Source: a virus
Virus record (IMG/VR): IMGVR_UViG_3300012931_000018
Coordinates: 23,946 to 87,945 of that record
Direction: 5' to 3' (one strand)
DNA length: 64,000 nucleotides
Part shown: piece after piece, positions 29,819 to 40,200 of the stretch
Layout: each line of letters opens with the position of its first letter
How positions within the stretch are numbered: position 1 is the first letter of the stretch
Position numbers and translations under genes: made by a program
The notes under the pieces: model-generated
What the model was told of the DNA's origin: nothing
The model's input: only the letters and a program-made list of their open reading frames with translations
Database searches by the model: none

Positions 29819-30367
29819 ATGAAAAATAATAACACAGGATTGAGATTTAAATTTTTCTTTAAAGGTGAAAACCAAAAAGATTATAATTGGATGGATTCTG
29901 AATTCATTCGACAATTAAGAAGTAATATAAATGTAAATAAATTTTTATTTCAAACTAAAAATATTACAAAAATAGAACAAGAATATTGGTGGGAGCATGA
30001 ATATAGTAAAAATGAAAATTGGAAAATATGGATTATATATGATGAAAAAATTGAATGCCCTATCGGCTATATAAATATGCATATCGATAGTATTGCTCAT
30101 CGGAGATGTCAAGTTGATTATATTATATCGCCTGATTTTGATGAAATGAAATATGAAACTAAAATAATTAAATGGATGATAAATTCTGCTAAAAAAATTG
30201 AAATAGATATTCATAAAATATGGTTATATGTTTTCCCTGAAAATGAAAGAAAGATAGAATTGTTAAATAAAAAATTTGGATTTGAAATTGATGGCATTAT
30301 TAGAGATCATGTTTATAAAGATGGGAAATTTAGAAGTGTATATTTAATGAGTCTTTTAGTTTCTTAA
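29819..30367 (+). CDS. GNAT N-acetyltransferase (RimJ/PseH-like)
   Basis: IRQLRS...ITKIEQEYWW, IHKIWLYVFPENE, KFGFEIDGIIR. Confidence 0.8.
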   Translation: MKNNNTGLRFKFFFKGENQKDYNWMDSEFIRQLRSNINVNKFLFQTKNITKIEQEYWWEHEYSKNENWKIWIIYDEKIECPIGYINMHIDSIAHRRCQVDYIISPDFDEMKYETKIIKWMINSAKKIEIDIHKIWLYVFPENERKIELLNKKFGFEIDGIIRDHVYKDGKFRSVYLMSLLVS

Positions 30368-30448
30368 AAGGTATTAAATGTGAAAGTAATTTCTGAAAAT
30401 ATAAACCTATAATTATATTTTAATCAGTTAATAAAAGGAAAATATAAG

Positions 30449-31048
30449 ATGGCGGTAACATTTTATGGAAGCGCTGAAAAAGCAGCAGACCTTGCTGGCG
30501 TTGATGAAACTGAAATAACAGATGAAATGATAGAGGCAATAAATTCTGTTATAGATTCTGAAATCAGAACAGAAGGATTTACAAAAAAAGAAGTAACAGA
30601 ATATTATGATATCAATGATAATAATAAAAAACAATTGATGTTAAAAAAATATCCTGTTATTATTAATACACTTGAAATAACTGATAATTGTGATGATGAA
30701 AGTTCAGGTATTGTTGATTCAGATAATTATAAAATAGATTTAGAAACTGGTATTGTTCAATTCAAATCTACTGTTGCTGCATTAACAAAAGGTTTTAAAA
30801 CAGTTAAAGCGAAATATAGTCATGGTTTTGATACAGTACCTGCAATAATTATAGAATTGGCAACATTATTGATGGCTAAATATGCAAAAGTAAAAGATCA
30901 AAATGGAGATGCTGATGGATTGGCAAGTTTCAGTGCTGGTAATTATAATGAAAGAAGGGATTTGCAATTTTTAAATGTAAATTCTGAATTCGATTCTATG
31001 ATAAAAAAATTAACTGATAAAGCAAAAATACTTTATTATTTAGAATAA
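30449..31048 (+). CDS. Head-tail connector / adaptor
   Basis: LKKYPV, VKAKYSHGFDTVPAII; first gene of neck block. Confidence 0.7.
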   Translation: MAVTFYGSAEKAADLAGVDETEITDEMIEAINSVIDSEIRTEGFTKKEVTEYYDINDNNKKQLMLKKYPVIINTLEITDNCDDESSGIVDSDNYKIDLETGIVQFKSTVAALTKGFKTVKAKYSHGFDTVPAIIIELATLLMAKYAKVKDQNGDADGLASFSAGNYNERRDLQFLNVNSEFDSMIKKLTDKAKILYYLE

Positions 31049-31050
31049 TA

Positions 31051-31416
31051 ATGAAACCTATTAGATTAAAAATATTGAATAAAAGAGTTACAATAGTATC
31101 TATTGGGAATACTATTGGATCAACAGGTTCTGTTAGTGGTGGAGATACTACTGTATATAGCAATTTACCAATTAGAATAACAAAAGCTAAAGGTGATAAC
31201 AATGTAAAAGATTTAGGCATTTCGGCTTCGAGTAATTATCTTGGTTTTATTCAATGTGAATTAACTATAAATAATGTTGTGACTACAATTGTTATTAAAA
31301 CAGGTTATATAGTTATTGATGGTTCTGTTAGATATAAAGTTGATTATGTAGATAGTGCCCCAGGTGGTCTTGAAGGACACCATCAAGAATTATATATGTC
31401 AACATTAGGAAAATAA
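31051..31416 (+). CDS. Head closure protein
   Basis: Size, beta pattern, HHQEL C-terminus, synteny. Confidence 0.6.
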   Translation: MKPIRLKILNKRVTIVSIGNTIGSTGSVSGGDTTVYSNLPIRITKAKGDNNVKDLGISASSNYLGFIQCELTINNVVTTIVIKTGYIVIDGSVRYKVDYVDSAPGGLEGHHQELYMSTLGK

Positions 31417-31417
31417 A

Positions 31418-31846
31418 ATGGCAACTTTTACTGGAAAAGCTAATGCAAGATTTGGTTTTTATGTAGTTAATCCTAATTCTGCATTTAATAAATTATTATC
31501 ATATTCAAAAAAAGTAATTGAACCAGCATTATTTATAGGATTCAAAAAAGCATTATATGTTATAGAACGTGAAGCAGTTAGATTAATAAATCAAGGTTAT
31601 TATAAACCAGCAGTTGATACAGGTCATATGAGACGTTCTGTAACATCGAAAATTCTTTATTCAACTCATAGAGAAATAGCTGGTGCTGTTGGTGTAATTG
31701 ATACAAGTTATACTATTTATGTTCATGAAGGGACTTATAAAATGGAAAAGCGTCCTTTCTTGACTGATGCAGTTGAAAATAAAAAAGAAGAAATAATTGA
31801 TTTATTTAGAGGAATTATAAAGACTGCTATCAAGGTGAAAAAATGA
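31418..31846 (+). CDS. HK97 gp10-like tail completion protein
   Basis: PAVDTGHMRRS...YVHEGTYKMEKRPFL. Confidence 0.85.
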   Translation: MATFTGKANARFGFYVVNPNSAFNKLLSYSKKVIEPALFIGFKKALYVIEREAVRLINQGYYKPAVDTGHMRRSVTSKILYSTHREIAGAVGVIDTSYTIYVHEGTYKMEKRPFLTDAVENKKEEIIDLFRGIIKTAIKVKK

Positions 31847-32325
31847 ATCAAAATTATGCAAAAGAAAATGTTATTTTAGAAGCTATAAGGACAATATTGG
31901 TTGGTGATAATGCTATATTAACAACTCAGGTGAAATCAATACACCAATATTGTGAAGATAGAATAATAAAGAAGACAGCATTTACTGAACCACCAGGCAA
32001 TACATTAATAATGATGGAAATTATTCGTAGAGGTGGTCAAGATGGAATTCCATCAAGTAATTGGTTCTTAACTATAACAGCAGTTATACCAATGGATTCA
32101 TTAAATGCTCAAGACATTGTAGTTGAGATGGCATCGAGAATAGAATTCTTATTAAATAGAAAACCTGCTAATCTAAATTCTGTTGTTAGCTCAACAAAAT
32201 ATTTAAGATGCCGATATATAAATCATATTGGGACAATACCTGTTGATGATGATGTAAAAAAACTTTATAAAAGAGATGTTACATTTGATATTATTGTAGA
32301 TGATGAAATAATGAAACTTAATTAA
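31843..32325 (+). CDS. Tail terminator-like protein
   Basis: Synteny between gp10-like gene and tail tube; size. Confidence 0.55.
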   Translation: MNQNYAKENVILEAIRTILVGDNAILTTQVKSIHQYCEDRIIKKTAFTEPPGNTLIMMEIIRRGGQDGIPSSNWFLTITAVIPMDSLNAQDIVVEMASRIEFLLNRKPANLNSVVSSTKYLRCRYINHIGTIPVDDDVKKLYKRDVTFDIIVDDEIMKLN

Positions 32326-32362
32326 TTTATTAAAACAAACATTAAATAATGTGAGGTAGAAA

Positions 32363-32815
32363 ATGGCAGTTCAATTTGGTATGGCAACAATGGTTATGGG
32401 TGGAGTTGAAATAGGGTGCTTACAAAACGTAAGTATTGATTTTAGCTTCGATACAGCGGAATTATTTTGTGGTTCTGCATTATATCCAAAAGATGTAAGA
32501 ACTCATACAGCACATATTACAGGTAATGCAGAATATGCTGAAATAACCGCCGTTGGATTGGAAAAAATTCTTGGAGCAACAAGAACTGGTAGTTCATTGG
32601 CATTAGATAATACTAATGCACCACAAAAATTTCAATTGGTTACTTCTTTAATAACCGATGGAATTACTTTTTCAATAACATTTAAGAAAGTTCAATCAAC
32701 TAAATTATCATTAGCATTTGCAAGAGATGGACACTTAATTCCTAATTTTGATTTTCAAGTTCAATCTGATACAGATGGTAGTGTTGCTACAATTGAAGTT
32801 GGTGATGTATCTTAA
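32363..32815 (+). CDS. Major tail tube protein
   Basis: Beta-rich 150 aa, SD GAGGT, precedes chaperone and tape measure. Confidence 0.7.
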   Translation: MAVQFGMATMVMGGVEIGCLQNVSIDFSFDTAELFCGSALYPKDVRTHTAHITGNAEYAEITAVGLEKILGATRTGSSLALDNTNAPQKFQLVTSLITDGITFSITFKKVQSTKLSLAFARDGHLIPNFDFQVQSDTDGSVATIEVGDVS

Positions 32816-32840
32816 TAATAATTTAGCTATATGCTGATCT

Positions 32841-32931
32841 ATGCACTGGCTTAAATGAAATCAGTTTCCTGTGTCTGAGAGTAGTTTAAGTCAGTTGCAT
32901 TAATTTATATTAACACAGGAATCACAGGAAA
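32841..32931 (+). promoter_or_regulatory. Structured intergenic RNA element (hairpin with predicted loop pseudoknot)
   Basis: Stem 32841-32855/32885-32900, inner TCAG/CTGA, loop TTTCCTGTGT complementary to ACACAGGAA (32913) and CACAGGAAA (32923). Confidence 0.6.
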
Positions 32932-32948
32932 ATATTATTGAGGTTAAT

Positions 32949-33386
32949 ATGTCTAACAGTGAAAAAACTCCAGCAGCATTTATCGAAGATCAAGAACAAA
33001 AGGTTAAAAATATTCTTGGCTATGGTCAAAAATTAAAAGTATTTATAGGGAAAAATGAAAAAAATGAAGATGAATTCAAAGAATATCATTTTTGTCCAGT
33101 TTCATTATCGGATATTCCTGACTTAACTAAATCATTAAATGAATTTGGTAAGACTGCTAAAAATAAAAATTGGACAAAAGAATCATTAGAAACTGTTGCT
33201 AAAATTATTCAACTTAGTCTTAAAAGAGCACATGGTGAAATCCAAATTGATACATTATTAAATGAATTTGATTTTGGATCATTAGCTAAAGCAGTTAGAA
33301 TAGCAATAAATGTAAATGATTTTTTATCAGAGATGCAAACAATTCAGCAGACATTCGAAACCATGGACAAAATGGACAAGAAGTAG
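32949..33386 (+). CDS. Tail assembly chaperone (lambda gpG-like)
   Basis: Between tail tube and tape measure; slippery T-TTT-TTA at 33320-33326. Confidence 0.8.
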   Translation: MSNSEKTPAAFIEDQEQKVKNILGYGQKLKVFIGKNEKNEDEFKEYHFCPVSLSDIPDLTKSLNEFGKTAKNKNWTKESLETVAKIIQLSLKRAHGEIQIDTLLNEFDFGSLAKAVRIAINVNDFLSEMQTIQQTFETMDKMDKK

Positions 33387-33715
33387 GGGAACAATTAGAT
33401 ATATATGGAATTGTTGCACTACTTTCTGAAAAAGGATGGACTATTGAATATATAATGAACTTAACTTGGGTTCAATTGAATTGTTTGCTTAAAGGAATAG
33501 GACAAGTGAATGATATTAGAAGTAAGGAAATTGAAAAGAATAAAAATAAGAATAAAATAAAAAGTGGTAAAAAAAATAATTCAACACCAGAAATTAATGA
33601 TGCTATGAGCTTGCTTACATTGCCAGGTTTTAATCTATCTAAACAAGCTAAAGAAAAGTTGATACAGATAATGAAAGATAGAAAGCAGAAAAAAGAGGAA
33701 CAGAAAAATGGTTGA
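33320..33715 (+). CDS. -1 frameshift extension of the chaperone (gpGT-like)
   Basis: The -1 frame is open from 33320 through track ORF 33455..33715 (GWTIEYIMNLTWVQL). Confidence 0.8.
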   Translation, partial: FFIRDANNSADIRNHGQNGQEVGEQLDIYGIVALLSEKGWTIEYIMNLTWVQLNCLLKGIGQVNDIRSKEIEKNKNKNKIKSGKKNNSTPEINDAMSLLTLPGFNLSKQAKEKLIQIMKDRKQKKEEQKNG

Positions 33716-36700
33716 TGATAAAAATTTCATAGAAGAATTGTGGATAAAACTTCGAGCGGATATATTAGAGTTTCATAATGGAATGATTAAAGCATCTGCT
33801 GATCTAAAAGCATTTACTGCAAAAGTTGGAGCATCACATGCTGAAATGCAAAAATTTGGTAAAGGTGTTGGAGTTGTATCTACTGCATTAGCAGTTATGG
33901 GTGGATATGCTGCAAAAACATTTGCTGATTTTGAACAAGCAATGGCTAATACATTTTCAGTTCTCGGTGCAACTAAATCGGAAATGGAAAAGATGACGAC
34001 GGTTGCCAGAGAATTTGGAACAACTTCTGTTTTTCAAGCTAAAGAAGTTGGAAATGCTATGTATTTTTTAGCAAGTGCTGGTTATAATGCTAAGCAAACT
34101 GTTGATGCTTTGAAAGGAACATTAATGTTGGCAGCATCTACTCAAGCAGATTTATCTGATGCTACAAAGATTGTTGTTAATACATTAAATGCTTTTGGTA
34201 TGCAAGCAAATGAAGCAGAAAGAGTTTCTAACGCTTTTGCTGCTTCTATTGCTTATTCACAAGCAGAAATAGATAAGATTGGTGAATCTATGAAATTTGT
34301 TGCACCAATTGCTTCACAATTAGGAATAAGTCTTGAGCAAACAACGGCAGCACTTGGTGAATTATATGATGCTGGTTTAGATGCAAGTCAAACTGGAACA
34401 AATTTAAGACAAGCATTTCTTAAATTATTGAATCCAACTAAAGAAGCTAAAGAAGCATTATCGAAATTAGGTTTGAAAGTTAGTGATGTAAGTCCACAAG
34501 CAAAAGATTTAGTTGGAATAATTCAATCATTTGAAAAAGTTGGTGCTGGAGCTAAAGATAAACTTGATGAACTTGCAGCAATATTTGATGCCAGAGCAGT
34601 AACAGCTATGGCTGTTCTTATTAATAAAGGTTCTGAAGCATTATTGGATATGGAAAAAAGAATTACCGGAACATCTAAAGCATCTGAAATGGCAAATATA
34701 CAAATGAATACATTAACTGGATCAACAAAATTATTTATGGGCAATCTTAATAATCTATTAATAACAATAGGTGAGGTATTAGCTCCAACAATTAGAAAGA
34801 TAGCCGATGTATTTATAAATTTGATAAAATATTTTCAAAGTCTCAATCCAGCATTCAAAACTTTATTAATAACAATACCGGCATTGGCAACTGTATTTGG
34901 TTTATTAATATCTCCAATAGCTTTATTGATAGGATATTTACCAAAAATAATTGCTGGTATTGGTGTATTAAAAGTAGTTATGACTGGTGCTGGTGGAGCG
35001 GTACTTGGTTGGGTTTCGGTTATTGGTTTATTAATTGCTGCTGTTGGATATCTTGTATCAGCAAATGAAACAACATCACGGAGTACTGATGAATTAATAG
35101 GTAAAATGAATGAATATACTACATCAGCAATACAACAAAAGGAAACTCAAAAACAGTTACTTGATAGTTATTTAAACTTAGCATCTAAAACTAAAAAAAA
35201 TAGCGAGGAAACTGAAAAGCAGAAATTAATATTTGAAAAAATAAAAAGATTATATCCTGATTTAATATCTGCAACGGATGATTATAGGTCAGCACAAAGT
35301 AAATTAAAAACTGTTTCTGAAAATGTAAATGCTGAATTAGCTAATTTATATGCTCAGCAAAAAAGATTAAGAGAACTTGAACTAACAATTAATACTTCTA
35401 AGTTACAACAGCAAATGAAAGAATTAAAAACAGATATGGAAGATACTTCATTGGGACTGTGGCAATCTTTAAAATCTGGTTTTAAAGATATTTCAGGAAC
35501 TAATTTATTTGGCAATGCTTTTAATACAAATTTAGAAATAACAAAAGAAAAATTTGATAAATTAGCAGCAAGTACAGAAGGATTAAAAAAATTAGAAAGT
35601 GGTTTAGAACTATTATCACAAGGTTCACGTGCATTATCAATAGATTTAGCTGAAGTTGAAACAAAGATACAAAATATAGGTAATAGAAGTGATTTAACTA
35701 AAATTGGTAAAAAGGCAGAAACTGATATACTTGAAAAACAAAAAACATTATTAGAATCAAGATTAGACACAACTGATAAATTTGTTGATGCATATATTTC
35801 CGCTATTGAAAAAGGAAAGCAATTATTATCAATTGATACAAATATAAAAGAAAATCAAATCGAATTAAATAATTTAAAAATGGGTCTTAAAACTGAAACA
35901 CCTGTTACTGCTGAAACTGTTGATATAAATGCATTGAATGAAGTGGAAAAGGAAACTCAGAAAAAATTAAATGAGCAATTATTTGAAATTGTAAAAAATA
36001 GATTAGAATCTGAATTGGCAATTTTGAAATTAAATAAAGATAAGAAATTATCCATTGCTTTAGAATATGCTGATAAAGAATCTAAACTTGAAAAAGCTCA
36101 AAATGATAAAGATAAAGCTGATGCTTTAATTGATGCTAAGGAAACCGGTGCTAATGTTATTGAAATAAAAAAATCTTTTGATGCTAAAGAAAAAAGTCGT
36201 GTAGAAGTATTAGCATTCAATATTAATGAAATAAGACAACAATTTAGAGATAAAGATGTAAAAGAAGAGTGGAATAAATTGAGTGTTCAAAATGTAATTA
36301 ATGAAGATGAACTTAATAATTATAAAAAACATCTTCAAGATAAATTATCATTTTTAGAATCTATGGATGAAAAATGGACTGATGAATATACACAAACGGT
36401 AAATGAAATTAAAAAAATAAATGAAATGATTGCAGCACCACAAGAACAAAAACTAAAATTTAATGTTGACATGAGTCAATACTCTATTGACGAAGATCAA
36501 AAAGAACTTGCTTTAGAAAATTATAAAGCATATTTAGATGAGAAATTAATATATGAAGAAGAATTTAGTGAACAATGGTATGAGATTGCATCTGAAAGAG
36601 CAAGAATTGAAAAAGAATTAATTGATATGCAAATGAGTGATATGCAAATATATTTTGATAGTTTTGCTGAAGTAATAAATGCTGGTATAGGTCAAATGTC

Positions 36701-37205
36701 AGAAGAATGGTTGGTTGTTTCAAGGAAAGCTAAAAGTCAATTAGATGCTATTTGGTTGGCAGTTGAAAATGCAGCAATTAGAGCTATGACAAATATTATA
36801 CAATCTCAAATTACAGAAATGTTTACTAAATTATTATTTAAGATAGCTTCATTTTTAGGTAGTGGTGGAACAAGTAGTTTTAGTGAAGCAGTAATGGGGA
36901 ATTTTGATTTATCTACTGTTAGTAGTATTGCAGATACTGGTGGAATAGTTAAAAGAGGTGGATGGATAAATGTAAAACCACAAGAGGTTGTTGTATCCGG
37001 TGAAGTTGTAAGAGGAACTAAAGATAAGTATCAATCAGCATTAGGTGCTGATTCTAAATCAATGAATCAAACAGTTGAAAATAATAATACATTTTTGCTT
37101 GTTAATCCTATGGTTGATGATCAAAAATATTGGGAATCTGTTATGGAAAATCAACTTAATCCAATACAAGAAAAACTTGATAAAAGATTTGGACGGAAAA
37201 CATAA
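33708..37205 (+). CDS. Tape measure protein (TP901 family)
   Basis: FEQAMAN...FQAKEVGNAMYFLASAG, GLDASQTGTNLR; TM region; long helical C-terminus. Confidence 0.93.
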   Translation: MVDDKNFIEELWIKLRADILEFHNGMIKASADLKAFTAKVGASHAEMQKFGKGVGVVSTALAVMGGYAAKTFADFEQAMANTFSVLGATKSEMEKMTTVAREFGTTSVFQAKEVGNAMYFLASAGYNAKQTVDALKGTLMLAASTQADLSDATKIVVNTLNAFGMQANEAERVSNAFAASIAYSQAEIDKIGESMKFVAPIASQLGISLEQTTAALGELYDAGLDASQTGTNLRQAFLKLLNPTKEAKEALSKLGLKVSDVSPQAKDLVGIIQSFEKVGAGAKDKLDELAAIFDARAVTAMAVLINKGSEALLDMEKRITGTSKASEMANIQMNTLTGSTKLFMGNLNNLLITIGEVLAPTIRKIADVFINLIKYFQSLNPAFKTLLITIPALATVFGLLISPIALLIGYLPKIIAGIGVLKVVMTGAGGAVLGWVSVIGLLIAAVGYLVSANETTSRSTDELIGKMNEYTTSAIQQKETQKQLLDSYLNLASKTKKNSEETEKQKLIFEKIKRLYPDLISATDDYRSAQSKLKTVSENVNAELANLYAQQKRLRELELTINTSKLQQQMKELKTDMEDTSLGLWQSLKSGFKDISGTNLFGNAFNTNLEITKEKFDKLAASTEGLKKLESGLELLSQGSRALSIDLAEVETKIQNIGNRSDLTKIGKKAETDILEKQKTLLESRLDTTDKFVDAYISAIEKGKQLLSIDTNIKENQIELNNLKMGLKTETPVTAETVDINALNEVEKETQKKLNEQLFEIVKNRLESELAILKLNKDKKLSIALEYADKESKLEKAQNDKDKADALIDAKETGANVIEIKKSFDAKEKSRVEVLAFNINEIRQQFRDKDVKEEWNKLSVQNVINEDELNNYKKHLQDKLSFLESMDEKWTDEYTQTVNEIKKINEMIAAPQEQKLKFNVDMSQYSIDEDQKELALENYKAYLDEKLIYEEEFSEQWYEIASERARIEKELIDMQMSDMQIYFDSFAEVINAGIGQMSEEWLVVSRKAKSQLDAIWLAVENAAIRAMTNIIQSQITEMFTKLLFKIASFLGSGGTSSFSEAVMGNFDLSTVSSIADTGGIVKRGGWINVKPQEVVVSGEVVRGTKDKYQSALGADSKSMNQTVENNNTFLLVNPMVDDQKYWESVMENQLNPIQEKLDKRFGRKT

Positions 37206-40200
37206 TGAAAACTGTATCAACTACATTATTAAATAATTTTAATAAAAGTGAAGTTAGGATTATCGATAAAGTTTATATTTATCAGCAATTTAATAATCCT
37301 ATATTAACAGCATCTACTAATATTATAACATTAAATGGAGATGCTTCATTTTTATTATCTGATGATTCAATAGTTTTTCCGTTAAAATCATTAACTGATG
37401 AATATATTATTGAGTCGGTAATATATGATGAAGAAACAGATATAACTGAAATAGTTATTACTGACATTACATTAGATAGTACATATATTGGCAATTATTT
37501 AGCTAAGGTTGTAAATATAACAGAGAAATTGACAAAAAAATCAGTTGATAGTGTTAAGCAAACTATTGAAGGAAAATATTTTAATGAATTTGATTCAGGA
37601 AGTATGACTGCTGTTGTTAGTAATGATGCTGGATATTTTAGAAATAAAAATAAAACAGGTTTATTAGATGGTGATTATACTTTTTGGATAAAATATATTA
37701 TGAAGTTTCAAGGGTATGATGATGAATTTATATATTTTGCAGGGATAATTGAAATATCTGATTGTGAACCGGATTTATATAATAAAACTGTTTCTATTAT
37801 TGCTTATGGTCATAGTTATGAATTAGAAAGATATCCGGCTTTTTATTTAAGTGATGACGAAAATACAATATTGCCTAAGATAAATGGAATAAAAATTATT
37901 GGTTATACTCCATCTGATGATTCTGAAGAAGGTATTAAAGAGATATCATTCAAACCTTTTGGAACTTCTGATTTTGGTAATATCACTGTTGATTCAATTA
38001 ATGCTAATGGAACTAAAACTATTAGAATTCTTGAATTCAAATATCCAAATTTATTTAAATGGGATAATGGCAGTTGGGTTGCAATAACTACATTACCAAC
38101 TGATGGTATTCAAAAATTAACAGGTAAAGATGGTTCAAGTGCACAAGTTATTGTAGGTGATGGAGATGAACTATATGATTTTCCTTTGAAAGATACTGAA
38201 ATGTGGGTGATTGATAATAATATTCCTAATTGGGTATTAGATAATATTTATAAATCTGAAAGTGAGGATAATACACTTTCACAGGGCAAACCTACTATAA
38301 CATTTGATAATGGTACTGAAGAAATGTTGAGAATATATTTTCAATATATATTAAGAAAAGTTTCCAGTACTTATACTGATATTACACAAGATATAAATGA
38401 TCAAATAGAAAATGAAACAATTTTCAGTAGTGCTGCTGATGAATTGATAATAGTTTCCCCTAATAGATTTTGGGGAATAGATTTTAAATTTAATACCTTA
38501 TTATCTACTGTTGCTGAATTTACTATTCATTATAGTATAGGTGGACAATTATGGAGTGCTGATTTTAGTTCATTAATAACTGATGAGACTTTAGGATTTA
38601 CTAATCACGGTAAAATAAAATGGAATGAAGCTGGCAATTGGTCATCTAATAATATAACTATTGACACCAGTACAAATTATTCTGGATATATGATTAAAAT
38701 AGTAATTACAAGTATAACTGGAACATCAATCGCAAATTCTATAAAAAGAATATTAAGAGCACAAGGTGAAAATGGTGACTTCATAGATTTTGAAGCTGAT
38801 ATAAATCAAATGAATATTTCAGATACTACTGATGATGTAATTATTAAAAAAGATGATAATGGTGATTGGAAATATGCTGTTTGGTATTATTCAGCAACAC
38901 CAAATAAAATGCTTACAAAATTTAAAGAGATTGCTAAGTATGATGATGAAGATGTTATAAATGATAGTATGGAATATAATTTATCAGAACCTACTTTTAA
39001 TATATACGGAAGACAACCAAGATATTCTTTGTATGAATATCCAACAGCATTTTATATAGATTTTATTAATGGATATATTTATATTGCAAATAAATTAGAA
39101 ATTTATAGAAATAAAATGGATGGTACTGATTCATGGGTAAAATTATTTGATCTAAATGGAACAGGTCTTCAAGATACAATAACACAATATATGCATATTT
39201 TTAGTATAGATATATATGGTGATAATGTTCATGTATTAGTTAGTAATGGTTTATTCAGAAATGGGATGACTATATATAAATTTACATATAATATAGTCAC
39301 AAGTATTATAACTGATGATGGATATAATACGAAGCAATATAATGGAGAAGTAACATCGAGATATGGTCAATCTATTTTAGAAGGCATAAATAAAAATAGA
39401 TATATTGGGTGGTTTTCTACAAGAACTCCGGCTGGTGAAAATCTTTGTATTGCTTATCCTCAATTAAATGAATGTGATGAATGGACAAGAACAGTGGCAA
39501 TGTATCCAACGAGTGATGAGAAAACAAATACTGTTGGATATCCAGAATATTATTTTGATAATACAGCAGATCCACAAACTTTATTATTTAATTCTAAAAT
39601 GGGTTTTTACGCTGTTCAAAATAATACATCACAAACTGGAGTATATCCTGATATTTATAATTTGACAATTAGATTTGGTCAAAAAGGAATAATTGCCAAA
39701 AGAACAATATCTGATGTTATATATAATTATATGTTTACTAAAACAGAATTTGCTGGTGAAGAAGTGTATTGGCAATTTTTATGTTTAGAAGATGTTTTAA
39801 AATTTATGAATTCTAATGTATTTACTTTTATAAGGCACATAGCTGGTCATATACCAATATCAATGGCAGGAAGTTTAGAAACAATTTCATATTGGTCGTG
39901 GACAGAATGGAAAGATTTTGATGGTGATGTAAAGTCATATTCTTATATAAGTAAAATAGATGGTTTGATGGATTGGAAATATATAGCATCATTAGATAGC
40001 AGTCAAGTTCAAGTTGGGTTTAATATGGCTGATTCTATTAATGAAGGAACACAAGTTATTGATTTTATTACAACTAATAATTATTATACAGTATTTGGTC
40101 ATAATAAAAAATTAAAAAATGTTCTTATTAATTTATCAATTGAAGATGATACAAAATTATTTGAAATATATTATTGGGATGGAGCACAATGGAAAAGGAA

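Noticed and set aside
24226-33386. Genome-wide TAG reassignment (genetic code 15)
   Set aside because: Long structural genes are intact in code 11; only one internal TAG was found
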